In this document: one piece after another, positions 1 through 11,697 of the stretch
Numbering within the stretch: position 1 is the stretch's first letter
How the letters are laid out: each line of letters starts with the position of its first letter
DNA from: an uncultured Anaerolineales bacterium
GTDB taxonomy: Bacteria > Chloroflexota > Anaerolineae > Anaerolineales > UBA11858
Direction: 5' to 3'
NCBI GenBank assembly: GCA_964589145.1
Contig: CAZPSL010000129.1
Location: 1-43,072 of the forward strand
DNA: 43,072 nt
Notes under the pieces: model-generated
What the model was told of the DNA's origin: nothing
The model's database searches: none
What the model saw: only the letters and a program-made list of their open reading frames with translations
Position numbers and translations under genes: made by a program

Positions 1-5
1 CCGCG

Positions 6-1088
6 CTACGCGCCCACGTTCTCCCAGCGCAAATCCATGCCGTAGGGCATGTCAATCAGGGCTTTCTTGCCGAGGAGCGCGTCCAGTTCCCAGGGCATGA
101 TCGCGCCGGGGGCGGCGGGGCGGAGCGGCTCGGCCATCTCGGCGGTGATGGTTTCACCGGCCCTGATGTCGCGGGCGGCGCGCAGGCAGCGGCGCTGGAG
201 AATGTAGGTCTCCTGCTCGGAGCCGGTGACGAATTTATCGCTGGAGCCGAGAGCGCGTTCCAGGGTGCGGACCTGCTGCACCATCTCCGCCCAGGCTTCG
301 GGGTTGAGGGCAAATTTGTGGTCGGGGCCTTCGCGGTCGTTGTCGTCGGTGAAGTGCCGCTCGATGACGCGGGCGCCCAGCGCCACCGCGCCGACAATCG
401 GCGCCGGGCTGTGGGTGTGGTCGGAGAGGCCGAGCACGGCGTTGGGGTAGAGAGCGGCGTAGGTCTTCAACACGTTGAGGTTGAGGTGGTCGTAGTTGCT
501 GTCGGCGGCAGTGTAGTTGGTGTTGCACTGCATCAGCACAATCTGGTCGTTGACCGCCATCACCGCCCGCATGGCGCGCACCACGTCGCTGATGTCGGAG
601 GCGCCGGTGGCGATGAGGATCGGCTTGCCCAAACTCGCCATGCGGACGAGCGCGTCGGGCCAGGACATCAACCCGGAGCCTGCCTTGTAAGCCGGGACGT
701 AGGGTTCGAGCATTTCGATAGCGTCGTAATCGTAGGGCGAGGAGAAATAGTGGATGCCCGCTTTGTCACATTCTTCCTTGAGAACGGGCGTCCACTCAAA
801 GGGGATGGAGGCATCGTCATAGACCTCGTAAACCGATTTTTTCCATTCGGCCTGATGGGAGAGTTGGCCGCCCAGCGATTTGAAGCCGTAATCCGAGACG
901 ATTTTGGGGGCGCGGAAATTCTGGAACTTGGCCGCATCCGCACCGGCCTCTGCGGCCAGGTGGATGAGCATTTTGGCGCGTTCCAGATCACCGTCATGGT
1001 TGGCGGCGATGTCGGCGATGAAGTAGGTGGGGTGATTGAGACCGATTTTACGGTCGGCGATGGTGATTTCGGGAGCGGGGATGTGCAT
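6..1088 (-). CDS. Nonulosonic (sialic/pseudaminic/legionaminic) acid synthase, NeuB family, with C-terminal SAF-like domain
   Basis: 360-aa ORF. YFIADIAANHDGDLERAKMLIHLAAEAGADAAKFQNF and LGLSDHT are motifs I associate with NeuB/PseI/LegI synthases. The C-terminal ~60 aa (IRAGETITAEM...) resembles the SAF domain of that family. It sits two genes from a PseB-type dehydratase. Confidence 0.8.
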   Translation of the reverse strand: MHIPAPEITIADRKIGLNHPTYFIADIAANHDGDLERAKMLIHLAAEAGADAAKFQNFRAPKIVSDYGFKSLGGQLSHQAEWKKSVYEVYDDASIPFEWTPVLKEECDKAGIHYFSSPYDYDAIEMLEPYVPAYKAGSGLMSWPDALVRMASLGKPILIATGASDISDVVRAMRAVMAVNDQIVLMQCNTNYTAADSNYDHLNLNVLKTYAALYPNAVLGLSDHTHSPAPIVGAVALGARVIERHFTDDNDREGPDHKFALNPEAWAEMVQQVRTLERALGSSDKFVTGSEQETYILQRRCLRAARDIRAGETITAEMAEPLRPAAPGAIMPWELDALLGKKALIDMPYGMDLRWENVGA

Positions 1089-1126
1089 GGGAACCTCCTT
1101 GCGGGGGGATGGGAGGGGGGTAAAGA

Positions 1127-1218
1127 GTTAGGGGGTTAGGGGTTGCAGGTTTAAGGTTGAAGGCTGGGTGTTTGCCATACAGAAACCTTCAACGTTCAAC
1201 GTTCAACGTTCAACAACC
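1127..1218. repeat. Inverted pair of heptamer tandem arrays (GGTTGMA-type arm facing a TTCAACG x4 arm)
   Basis: Left arm gttagggggttaggggttgcaggtttaaggttgaagg (1127-1163), a 21-nt spacer, then right arm accttcaacgttcaacgttcaacgttcaacaacc (1185-1218). Period 7 is read directly from the sequence. Confidence 0.85.
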
Positions 1219-2125
1219 CTCGCAGCATCTGTGGATAATCCTGTTGATAAAGTGTGTAAAACCGCTCGATGCCTGTGGAAACCGCGGGGGGAGATTCGCC
1301 CAAATCACGGGTGAGTTTGTCCACCCGCAGGGTCAGGCGCGGAGAGCGGGGGGCTTCCAGGGACGAATCTGCAATCGAGGCGGGGGCGATCAGCCCGGGG
1401 TCGAATCCGAAGCGCCGGGCAATCGCCACGCCGAACTCGTACTTGGAGAGGCACTCCGGGCTGAAAACGTGGTACAGGCCATCAAGTCCGGCCGCCAGCA
1501 TCTTCAGGAAAATCGCCGCCAAATCGTTGACCAGCAGGGGGCAGAAGAAAACGTCGCTGAAGCCCATCACTGGCCTGCCCGCCGAGAGGCTGTTGAAGAA
1601 AAACTCTGCCAGGCTGCGGCGGCCCGACAGGCTCCAGCCGAACAGGTTGACGCGGGCGATAATCGCCTGCGGGTAAGCCGCGGCAACGGCGAGTTCGGCT
1701 TCGTATTTGGTTCGGGCGTAGGTACTCAGCGGGTTGGGGGCATCGTCCTCGGTGTAGCCGCCGCGCTGACCATCGAAGACCGCATCGGTGGAGACGTGCA
1801 GCAGGCGCGCTCCGCCCCTCCGACATTGCTCTGCCAGAATTCGGGGGACTTCGGTGTTCAGTTGCCAGGCCAAAGCCGGGTCACGCTCGCAGGCTTCCAG
1901 ACTGGCCTGGGCGGCGCAGTGGATCACCCAGTCGGGCGAACTCACCTGGAGCAGTTTTTCCACTGCGCCGGGTTCCAGCAAATCCGCCTTGAGCACGGTG
2001 AAACGGTCGGTGTTCAGCGGATGCCGGTTCACCTGCCCAAAGACAGTGTGCTGGCGGGCGGCTTCCAGAGCGGCATTCAGCCCCAAAAGCCCGCTGGCAC
2101 CCGTGATCAGAATTCTCACAGGCAC
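1196..2125 (-). CDS. RmlD-type NAD(P)-dependent sugar reductase (dTDP-4-dehydrorhamnose reductase family)
   Basis: 309-aa ORF. It has a Rossmann ILITGASGLLG motif, HCAA, STDAVFDG and YARTKYEAE (YxxxK), typical of the RmlD substrate-binding family. The last codons L-N-V-E-R-TGA lie inside the heptamer array. Confidence 0.7.
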   Translation of the reverse strand: MPVRILITGASGLLGLNAALEAARQHTVFGQVNRHPLNTDRFTVLKADLLEPGAVEKLLQVSSPDWVIHCAAQASLEACERDPALAWQLNTEVPRILAEQCRRGGARLLHVSTDAVFDGQRGGYTEDDAPNPLSTYARTKYEAELAVAAAYPQAIIARVNLFGWSLSGRRSLAEFFFNSLSAGRPVMGFSDVFFCPLLVNDLAAIFLKMLAAGLDGLYHVFSPECLSKYEFGVAIARRFGFDPGLIAPASIADSSLEAPRSPRLTLRVDKLTRDLGESPPAVSTGIERFYTLYQQDYPQMLRGLLNVER

Positions 2126-2138
2126 CTATGTTGGGGGG

Positions 2139-2353
2139 GGTGCAGGTTACAGGTTGCAGGTTGCAGGTTTGAGGTTGAAGGTTCTCTATCGCGCTGAGCG
2201 GAGGGCTGAGCAACCCTACAGGGCGGGTCGAAGCCCGCAGTCGAAGCGCTCTATTTGCGGCGTCTCGACTGCGCATCCTGCGGATGCTCCGCTCGACGCG
2301 AAACCTTTCAACCTTCAACCTTCAACTTTCAACTTCCAACCAACCTGCAACCC
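2139..2353. repeat. Inverted pair of heptamer arrays separated by a ~118-nt spacer
   Basis: Left arm ggtgcaggttacaggttgcaggttgcaggtttgaggttgaaggtt (2139-2183). Right arm aacctttcaaccttcaaccttcaactttcaacttccaaccaacctgcaaccc (2302-2353). It fills the whole gap between two minus-strand genes. Confidence 0.85.
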
Positions 2354-2355
2354 AA

Positions 2356-3363
2356 TCACAGCCTTCCTTCCCGGTAGGCCTCCTCAAACGGCGCAACCAG
2401 TTCGCGGATTTGCGTCTCGGTAAGCCATTCGGTGTTGTTGTCGCTGGTGTATTTGAACCCGTCAGGGACGCGGCGCCCTTCCCGGCTCCAGTCGTAGCGG
2501 AACCAGAGATGGCCGACCGGCTCAACCACGAAGCGGTCTTCCAGTTCGATGGTGGAACGGGACTCGTCCCGCGAGATCATCATCTCGTGCAGTTTCTCGC
2601 CGGGGCGGATGCCGATGACCTCGATTTCGGCATCCGGGGCGATGGCGCGGGCCAAATCCACGATGCGGGTGCTGGGAATTTTGGGCACAAAAACCTCGCC
2701 GCCGTGCATCCGCTCCAGGTTGGAGATCACGAAGCGCACTCCCTGTTCCAGCGAGAGCCAGAAGCGGGTCATGCGCTCGTCGGTGATGGTGAGTTTGTTG
2801 CCCTGCTCGCGCTGGCGGATGAAGATGGGCACCACCGAACCGCGGCTGCCGACCACGTTCCCATAGCGGACACAACTCAAACGGGTGCGCTTATCGCCCG
2901 CGTAGGCGTTGCTGGCGACCACCAGTTTCTCGGCGGTCAGTTTGGTGGCGCCGTACAGGTTGACCGGCGTAACCGCCTTATCGGTGCTGAGAAACATCAC
3001 CTTTTCAACGCGGGCGTCAATGGCGGCATCCACCACGTTGGAGGTGCCCAGGATGTTGGTCTTGACCGCCTCCATCGGGTTGTACTCACAGGCCGGAACC
3101 TGCTTGAGCGCCGCGGCATGGACAACGACATCCACGCCCTGCATGGCCCGCCGCAGACGCGGCAGATCGCGCACATCGCCGATAAAGTAGCGCAAACTCG
3201 GATGGTCGAACCCGGCAGCCCGCATCTCGTGCTGCTTGAGTTCGTCCCGGCTGTAGATAATCAACTTGGCAGGATGGTACTCCGCCAGCATGACCTTGAC
3301 GAACTTCTTGCCAAACGAGCCGGTTCCGCCGGTGACAAGAACGGTTTTTTCGCTCCAGTTCAT
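2356..3363 (-). CDS. pseB: UDP-N-acetylglucosamine 4,6-dehydratase (PseB/CapD-type, inverting class likely)
   Basis: 335-aa ORF. TVLVTGGTGSFGKKFV, IIYSRDELKQHEM, YFIGDVRD, HAAALKQVPACEYNPMEAVKTNILGT, STDKAVTPVNLYGATKL and VRYGNVVGSRGSV match the PseB/FlaA1 family almost motif for motif, from memory. Confidence 0.85.
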   Translation of the reverse strand: MNWSEKTVLVTGGTGSFGKKFVKVMLAEYHPAKLIIYSRDELKQHEMRAAGFDHPSLRYFIGDVRDLPRLRRAMQGVDVVVHAAALKQVPACEYNPMEAVKTNILGTSNVVDAAIDARVEKVMFLSTDKAVTPVNLYGATKLTAEKLVVASNAYAGDKRTRLSCVRYGNVVGSRGSVVPIFIRQREQGNKLTITDERMTRFWLSLEQGVRFVISNLERMHGGEVFVPKIPSTRIVDLARAIAPDAEIEVIGIRPGEKLHEMMISRDESRSTIELEDRFVVEPVGHLWFRYDWSREGRRVPDGFKYTSDNNTEWLTETQIRELVAPFEEAYREGRL

Positions 3364-3490
3364 AACTCGCTCCGTAATGTGCTGTCTTTCTCTCGCATCG
3401 CGCCGTGCGGAGAGCAGTGCAGTTGGGACTTACGCCGCTTGCTCTGCACGCCTCAACTCGACGGCTCCGCGCCTTCGTTCAGCAAACCCA

Positions 3491-3540
3491 CAACCTTCAA
3501 CATTCAACATTCAACGTTCAACGTTCAACGTTCAACTTTC
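3491..3540. repeat. Single-armed heptamer array (TTCAACR x7)
   Basis: The sequence is caaccttcaacattcaacattcaacgttcaacgttcaacgttcaactttc. It overlaps the last codons (K-V-E-R-TGA) of the methyltransferase gene. Confidence 0.85.
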
Positions 3541-4391
3541 TTCACCACCACCAGCGGATATTGCCCGTTCTCCCCAAACCAATGTGGAAAACGCTCCTCC
3601 AGCCAGAACAGCGCCCGCAGGATGCTCCGCCCGCCCCAGCGCTCGTGGATGAAGGTTCGCATCACCTTGACGCTCACACTCCGCCAGACAAAAATCTCCA
3701 GCGGCATCTGCGCGCCGACCGTGCGCTTGAGCCAGGCGGCGCTGCTTTTGGCGGTAAAAGTGCTCTTGGTCTCACCGGGACGCTGGGCGGCCTGTGCCGG
3801 GTTCACTGGCTTTTCGACCCGCGGGCGGCGCAAAATTCGATGGGTGATGAAGCCCTGCACCCGCAGGGTGAATTTCATCAGGCGGGAGAGAAACACGCCC
3901 AGGGGCGGGTTGCTCCACCCGTTGACCACCACCGCCGACCGGCCGGGGCGCAGGGTGCGGTAGAGTTCGCCGTAAGCCTGGGAGTGTTCCTCCAGCGGCA
4001 GGTGGTGGATGGTGTGCAGGGAAACCGTGCCGTCGAAAACGTCATCCGCAAAGGGCAGGTTGGCGACATCAGCGACCACGAACAGCCCGCGTTCCCCGAT
4101 GCGCTTGCGGGCCTCGGTCAGCGCCTGGATGGAGATGTCGGCACACACCCGGTAATCGTACCCCTCGGAATAGGTCAGGTATTCGGGGTACTGAATCGGC
4201 CCGGAACCGGCATCCAGCAGAAAACGCCCCGTCGGCGCGAGGTGACGGTTCACCCGCAGGTGGCACCTGTGGATGTACTCGCGGCTTACCGGGCGCAGGT
4301 CTTCGTAGCGGGCGTTCTGGTACACACCTTCGCTGACCTCCTGCCAGCCGATCTGGTCATAGAATTCGCGGACTTGCTGTTTGACGGTCAT
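3525..4391 (-). CDS. Class I SAM-dependent methyltransferase
   Basis: The ORF track gives 3525..4472. The first 27 codons translate the repeat array (NPQFPIPNPQFTNPQ), so I place the start at the ATG at 4391 (MTVKQQVREFYDQIGW). It has a LLDAGSGP motif-I-like segment and ADVANLPFADDVFDGTVSLHTIHH, typical of Methyltransf_11-like proteins. Confidence 0.7.
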   Translation of the reverse strand: MTVKQQVREFYDQIGWQEVSEGVYQNARYEDLRPVSREYIHRCHLRVNRHLAPTGRFLLDAGSGPIQYPEYLTYSEGYDYRVCADISIQALTEARKRIGERGLFVVADVANLPFADDVFDGTVSLHTIHHLPLEEHSQAYGELYRTLRPGRSAVVVNGWSNPPLGVFLSRLMKFTLRVQGFITHRILRRPRVEKPVNPAQAAQRPGETKSTFTAKSSAAWLKRTVGAQMPLEIFVWRSVSVKVMRTFIHERWGGRSILRALFWLEERFPHWFGENGQYPLVVVKKVER

Positions 4392-4513
4392 TGGGGGTTG
4401 GGGGTTGGTAAATTGGGGATTGGGAATTGGGAACTGGGGGTTCAGAAAACGCCCGATTACCCAATCACCCAATTACCTGATCACCTGATTACCTGATACC
4501 TGATACCTGATAC
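4392..4513. repeat. Inverted pair of 7-8-nt arrays (GGGGATT/GGGAATT arm facing a GATTACCT/GATACCT arm)
   Basis: The sequence is tgggggttgggggttggtaaattggggattgggaattgggaactggggg + ttcagaaaacgcccg + attacccaatcacccaattacctgatcacctgattacctgatacctgatacctgatacc. The centre GGGGTTCAGAAAAC is shared with the array at 15186-15345. Confidence 0.85.
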
Positions 4514-6103
4514 CTATTCATCTGCCTCGTCACGCCACATCGGTTCACCCGCCAGATACCCAAACGTGCGACCGAACTGCGCCAGGCCCTCGTCAGAGAG
4601 CACGCGTTCCGGCGGCCAGCGGCGGGTATCCTCGGCAAGGTGCTGAACGTGCCAGGGGAAAGGCTGCGGATACTCCATGAAAAAGCGATAAGCATACGTC
4701 CAGGCGGATTCTACCTGATTTCGGGAAGGATGGTACTTTTCGGGGGATTCCAGCACCCCGTCCAGCAACTCGAAGTAGGAGTCCCAGGACTCGGCATCGA
4801 GGGTGAAGCCCTTGCCCCGGTAGTGCGTCCAGCCCGTGACGATCACCGGCAAGCCGCTCATCGCCATCTCCATGCCGACGGTGGTGGTAAACACCAGCCC
4901 CGCGTCGGCGGCGGCGACCAGGTCGTAGGTGTTGATCTTCGCGTCGGCGGGCAGCAGGTGGATGTGCTCCGGCAGGTCGGGGAACTTCTCGCGCAGGATG
5001 TCATACACCGAGGGGCCCCAACTGCCGCTCTCGCCGGGGTGAACACGGATCACCAGTTGGGCGTCGCCGCGCTGACGGAAATATTCGATGGTGCGAACCA
5101 GCCACTCGGTCATGCTCTCGCTGAAGACCTGCCGCCCCAGGGTGAGCGAATCTCCGAGGACGTTGGTGGGGAGCAAAACCATCGGGCGGGAATCCAGCCC
5201 CAGGGCGGCGCGCGCCGCCTCCGCCCCCTGAGAGGGGGTTCCCTGCCAGCGGCGGGAAAATGTCTTCCAGATGCCGCCTCCCTGCCGGGCGGCGAACAAC
5301 TCCCGGACAAGTGCCCATTCCTCCTCGGTAAGCGGCACATCCCGCCGCGCGTCCCACAAATCGGAGGTATCCTGCCGCATCACGTCGTCGTTCTGCGCCA
5401 GCCAGATGCGCCCGGACTGCTCGCCAAACTCGTAGGTGACAATCGGGATGCCGAGGTGCCGCGCCACCCGGAAGGTGATGCCGAACTCCAGAATGCTGCC
5501 GTTGGGCACGATGATCCCATCCGGGGGCTGCGCTTCCCACAGACGGAACAGGCGGCGGGCCTGTTCCCGGTTGCGCGCCATCCGCAGGCGGTAGAGGTCG
5601 CTGCCGGTGTCCACGTCCTCGCGCAGGAGGCTGTACTGCACGTCCCGGTACGTCGCCGCGGGGAGTTGGGCTGCCAGCGCATCGGGCAGGGATCTGGCCT
5701 GGGGTGCATCCAGCAGCGGCAGAACGGTGAGCATCTCGTCCAGCGGAGCCAGGATTTCGCGCAGGTACAGGTTCTGGCGGCGGAGGTCGAAGCGTTCCAC
5801 GGGGCGCTTCCAGTGGGCGTAGGGCAGGTACGCCAGCGTGACCTCGTGCCCCAGGGCGGCGAGCGCCAGTCCGGTGAGGGCGGTCTGCTCGACCCAGTAG
5901 GGCAGCATGGTGACAACGGTCAGCCGTTTGCCGCCCGCCGGACGCTGAAAGCGGCGCGCTTGCGCCACCCAGTCCGGCAGGGAATCCCGCAGCCGTTCCA
6001 GCGCGTATCCGCCCACCGGCGGCCGATGCGACTGTCGCAGCCACCAGTACAGTTCGGCGGTATAGGGTAGGGTTCCGAGGGTGCGTTTGATGGTGGATTT
6101 CAT
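4514..6103 (-). CDS. Capsule-polysaccharide-biosynthesis family protein (KpsS/KpsC-like putative ulosonic-acid transferase)
   Basis: 529-aa ORF. The C-terminal half has VIRVHPGE followed by VFTTTVGMEMAMSGLPVIVTG. This parallels the xHP...T.NST.G.EA...G.PV...G signature I recall for the Capsule_synth (KpsS/KpsC) family. The N-terminal half was not recognised. Confidence 0.5.
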   Translation of the reverse strand: MKSTIKRTLGTLPYTAELYWWLRQSHRPPVGGYALERLRDSLPDWVAQARRFQRPAGGKRLTVVTMLPYWVEQTALTGLALAALGHEVTLAYLPYAHWKRPVERFDLRRQNLYLREILAPLDEMLTVLPLLDAPQARSLPDALAAQLPAATYRDVQYSLLREDVDTGSDLYRLRMARNREQARRLFRLWEAQPPDGIIVPNGSILEFGITFRVARHLGIPIVTYEFGEQSGRIWLAQNDDVMRQDTSDLWDARRDVPLTEEEWALVRELFAARQGGGIWKTFSRRWQGTPSQGAEAARAALGLDSRPMVLLPTNVLGDSLTLGRQVFSESMTEWLVRTIEYFRQRGDAQLVIRVHPGESGSWGPSVYDILREKFPDLPEHIHLLPADAKINTYDLVAAADAGLVFTTTVGMEMAMSGLPVIVTGWTHYRGKGFTLDAESWDSYFELLDGVLESPEKYHPSRNQVESAWTYAYRFFMEYPQPFPWHVQHLAEDTRRWPPERVLSDEGLAQFGRTFGYLAGEPMWRDEADE

Positions 6104-6113
6104 GGGAGAGACG

Positions 6114-6182
6114 GGTTCCAGGTTAAAAGTTGCAGGTTGAAGGTTGAAATGTTGTCAACTTTTAACCTACAACTTCCAACTT

Positions 6183-6191
<9 letters not shown>
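6114..6191. repeat. Back-to-back inverted heptamer arrays (near-loopless long hairpin)
   Basis: The arms are ggttccaggttaaaagttgcaggttgaaggttgaaatgttg and caacttttaacctacaacttccaactttcaaccttc. The right arm contains the stop codon of the ABC ATPase gene. Confidence 0.85.
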
Positions 6192-7460
<1,269 letters not shown>

Positions 7461-7465
7461 GCGTG

Positions 7466-7503
7466 TTGCCAGTTGAAGGTTAGGAGTTGAAGGTTGCAGG
7501 TTA
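7466..7503. repeat. Single-armed heptamer array
   Basis: The sequence ttgccagttgaaggttaggagttgaaggttgcaggtta lies between the ABC ATPase start and the permease stop (TAA at 7501-7503). Confidence 0.75.
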
Positions 7504-8379
7504 CACCATATCCGCAAACGAGCGTTCCATGCGGCGGAAGTAGAACAGGCCGGTGACGAGCAAGAAGACGGAGACCGCGGCGGAGATGGCGACAATCTGC
7601 CAGAGCGGGATGCCGGGGGTGGGAACCGTTCCCAGCAGCGCCCAGCGGGCGATTTCAATCACGCCGACGATGGGGTTGAGTGCGTACAGGTACTGCCATT
7701 TGACTGCCACCTGGCTGGTGGAGTAACCCACCGGCGAGATGAAGAGCAGCAATTGGGTGAAAACCGGCAAAATGTAGCCCACGTCGCGGTACAGCACGTT
7801 CAGCGCGGAGAACCACAGCCCCGCCCCCAGCGCAGCGACCAGAGCAAACAGCACCACCAGCGGCAGAGCGAGCAGGTTCCACGAGAGCGGCTGATGCCAG
7901 AAGAACATCATCCCAATCAGCACCAGCAGGCCGATGGCGAAGTCCACCAGCCCGCTGAGTACGGAGGCCAGCGGAATAACCAGCCGCGGGAAGTACACTT
8001 TCGTCAAAATCGAGCGGTTGGAGAGCATCGAGCGACCGGCGGCGTTCAGCGCCCCGGCGAACAGACCCCAGGGCAGCACCGAGGCAAAACGGAACAGCGG
8101 CCCCGGCACGCCGCCTTCGGCTTCCATCCCCGCGAAAGTGCCGAACACAATCTGCAACACCACCATGTTGATCAACGGGTTGATCACCGCCCAGGCCGCG
8201 CCCAGCACGGTCTGCTTGTAGCGCACAATCACGTCACGCCAGGTGAGGAAGTAAATCAGTTCCCGGTAAGCCCACAGGTCGCGCAAATTCAACGCCGACC
8301 AGCCCCGCGATGGGCGGAGGACGATTTCGGGCAACGCATCAGATGCGGGTGGGGTCGTGCGACGAGAGACAGGGTGCAT
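7501..8379 (-). CDS. ABC-2 type polysaccharide exporter permease (Wzm/TagG type)
   Basis: 292-aa ORF. It has LWAYRELIYFLTWRDVIVRYKQTVLGAAWAVINPL, the N-terminal signature of ABC-2 permeases, followed by multiple hydrophobic segments. It lies immediately upstream of the ATPase gene. Confidence 0.85.
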   Translation of the reverse strand: MHPVSRRTTPPASDALPEIVLRPSRGWSALNLRDLWAYRELIYFLTWRDVIVRYKQTVLGAAWAVINPLINMVVLQIVFGTFAGMEAEGGVPGPLFRFASVLPWGLFAGALNAAGRSMLSNRSILTKVYFPRLVIPLASVLSGLVDFAIGLLVLIGMMFFWHQPLSWNLLALPLVVLFALVAALGAGLWFSALNVLYRDVGYILPVFTQLLLFISPVGYSTSQVAVKWQYLYALNPIVGVIEIARWALLGTVPTPGIPLWQIVAISAAVSVFLLVTGLFYFRRMERSFADMV

Positions 8380-8383
8380 GAGT

Positions 8384-8426
8384 GAGGTTACAAGTTCCGT
8401 GTTGAAAGTTGAAAGTTGAAAGTTGG
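8384..8426. repeat. Single-armed heptamer array (GTTGAAA x3 core)
   Basis: The sequence is gaggttacaagttccgtgttgaaagttgaaagttgaaagttgg. Confidence 0.8.
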
Positions 8427-8442
8427 CGACGAATGTTAGGAG

Positions 8443-8856
8443 TTAGCCGATTTTGTAGATAGCGGTATTCTCGCGAACGCGACGCGCGTTGGGCTGACGT
8501 TCCAAATAGCGAATAAAGCCCACAAGTTTTCGGGAAATCTCCACAGTAAGTTGGTAAATTTCATCAAATTGCTCTGGGGTAATATAACCCCGATCACTGG
8601 CAACATACAATTGCGCCCGCACTTCCCCAGCAGATGCCTTGGCGCGGTTCAAATAAGAGATGAACATCGCCTGAGTCTGACTTTCAAAACCTTCGGCAAT
8701 GTTGCTCATCACAGAAACCGCCGCACGCCGCATCTGGTCGCGCAGCCCGAAATCCCGAGAAAATCGACCCACATCCGACAAATCGTAAATCTGATTGGTG
8801 AGACGCCGTGCCAATTGCCAGGATTCAATCTCCTCAAAACGTGTGATGGTAGCCAT
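8443..8856 (-). CDS. Four-helix-bundle protein (23S rRNA intervening-sequence protein / Avd-like family)
   Basis: 137-aa ORF. FEEIESWQLARRLTNQIYDL, LRDQMRRAAVSVMSNIAEGF and YLNRAKASAGEVRAQLYVA are the hallmark helices of this family as I recall it. Confidence 0.75.
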   Translation of the reverse strand: MATITRFEEIESWQLARRLTNQIYDLSDVGRFSRDFGLRDQMRRAAVSVMSNIAEGFESQTQAMFISYLNRAKASAGEVRAQLYVASDRGYITPEQFDEIYQLTVEISRKLVGFIRYLERQPNARRVRENTAIYKIG

Positions 8857-8866
8857 AAGTCTTCAG

Positions 8867-8925
8867 GGCTGCAAGGTACAGGTTAACAGCGCAGCAACCG
8901 CAACTTTCAACCTGCAACCTTCAAC
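8867..8925. repeat. Short inverted heptamer arrays
   Basis: ggctgcaaggtacaggttaacag faces cagcaaccgcaactttcaacctgcaaccttcaac. Confidence 0.7.
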
Positions 8926-8936
8926 AAACGCGAAAC

Positions 8937-10524
<1,588 letters not shown>

Positions 10525-11565
10525 CTACTGAACAATAAACCGGGCATTGCGGTAGCGCGCGTCCTGCGGATTGCGGATGAGCCCCTTGTGCAGGGCGTGC
10601 AGAATCTCCCGGACGCCGTCATCCACGGTTTTGCGGGTGGAAAAGCCCAATTCCCGCTGGATTTTTTCAAACGAAACCGAAATGTCACGCATATCGCCGC
10701 CGAAGGTCAGGTCCTTGTAGGTGACGTGGGTTTCCGGCAGACGTTTGAGCACCAGGGTGACGATCTCATCTTTAGTGAGGTTGCCGCGCTCGCTGCCGAC
10801 GTTGTAAACCTGGCCGCGGGTTTTCTCGTCGGGCGCATCCAGCCCCAGGAGGATCGCCCGCACCGCGTCGGCGATGTGGACAAACGAGCGCGAGTAGCCG
10901 CGCTGGTAAATCAGCAGTTCGCGCCGCAGGAAGGCATCCAGTACAAACTGGTTGACAATCATATCAAAGCGCGGGCGCGGCGAAAGGCCATACAGGTGCG
11001 CCGGACGAAAGATGAGCGGTGCGCAGGCTTCGTCAGCGTGGCTGAGCAGGAAGCGTTCGGCAGCGATTTTGGTCTCGGCGTAGAGTGACTGCGGGTTGAG
11101 AGGCGCCTCCTCGGTGACGGGCGCGCCGTCCGCCGAGAGGCCGTAGATGCTGTACGTGGAAAGGTAGATGAACCGCGCCACGCCCATCGCCACGGCCTGC
11201 TCGAACACCCGCTGGGTGGATTCGACGTTGTAACGCCAGGCCACCTGCCGCCCCACCGCCTGGCAGGCCGGGAAACCGGCAATCGCCGCCAGGTGGATGA
11301 CCGCCTGCGGGGCAGGCCAATCGGCGCGCACAGCGGTTTTTACCGCCCGCGGTTCCCAGACATCGGCCTTGACGAAGTGAAAATCAGGGTGCGGCAGGTA
11401 CGCCAGCAGGGATTCTCCGCCAAAGAGCAGGTCATCCACCACGGTGACGCGGTATCCCTGCCGCAGCAGTTCACCCGTCAGGTACGCGCCGATATACCCC
11501 GCACCGCCGGTGATGAGCACATGCGGGGATTGGGAAGTTTTTTGGGGAGCGGATGTTGGGGACAT
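10525..11565 (-). CDS. NAD-dependent sugar epimerase/dehydratase (extended SDR family)
   Basis: 346-aa ORF. It has VLITGGAGYIGAYL (GxxGxxG) and YAETKIAAE (YxxxK). Substrate specificity is not deducible. Confidence 0.75.
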   Translation of the reverse strand: MSPTSAPQKTSQSPHVLITGGAGYIGAYLTGELLRQGYRVTVVDDLLFGGESLLAYLPHPDFHFVKADVWEPRAVKTAVRADWPAPQAVIHLAAIAGFPACQAVGRQVAWRYNVESTQRVFEQAVAMGVARFIYLSTYSIYGLSADGAPVTEEAPLNPQSLYAETKIAAERFLLSHADEACAPLIFRPAHLYGLSPRPRFDMIVNQFVLDAFLRRELLIYQRGYSRSFVHIADAVRAILLGLDAPDEKTRGQVYNVGSERGNLTKDEIVTLVLKRLPETHVTYKDLTFGGDMRDISVSFEKIQRELGFSTRKTVDDGVREILHALHKGLIRNPQDARYRNARFIVQ

Positions 11566-11580
11566 GAGTTTCTTGAGGGA

Positions 11581-11697
11581 GGTGATCAGGAAACAGGTGA
11601 TCAGGTATTAGGTGATTAGGTATTAGGTGATTAGGTGATTAGGTGATCAGGTGATCAGGACACAGGAAACCGAGTTCCTGATTACCCAATTACCTGG
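11581..11697. repeat. Octamer array (GGTGATYA/GGTATTA) with a short complementary arm
   Basis: The sequence is ggtgatcaggaaacaggtgatcaggtattaggtgattaggtattaggtgattaggtgattaggtgatcaggtgatcagga, then a spacer, then cctgattacccaattacctgg. The right arm encodes the last six codons and the TAA stop of the regulator gene. Confidence 0.85.

Noticed and set aside
3525-4472. N-terminal extensions proposed by the ORF track: 3525..4472, 6183..7658, 8937..9995, 14112..15272, 18441..18917, 39844..41241, 41580..42386 and 42055..42837.
   Set aside because: The extra codons translate repeat arrays, the gmd remnant or MITE-like elements. Internal ATGs aligned with family N-termini (and, where visible, with an RBS) were preferred.
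4640-6070. Long plus-strand ORF (476 aa) antisense to the KpsS-like gene. Similar mirror ORFs are 318..1139, 2284..3963, 8955..10043, 16674..18203, 19007..19843, 20663..21913 and 38699..39688.
   Set aside because: They lie opposite ORFs with clear family signatures. They are Arg/Gly/Pro/His-rich and low in complexity, as expected for stop-poor antisense frames in high-G+C DNA. They show no motif I recognise.
8443-8856. The four-helix-bundle (Avd-like) gene could mark a diversity-generating retroelement.
   Set aside because: There is no reverse transcriptase ORF, no template/variable repeat pair and no target gene nearby. Members of this family also occur as isolated genes in glycan loci.
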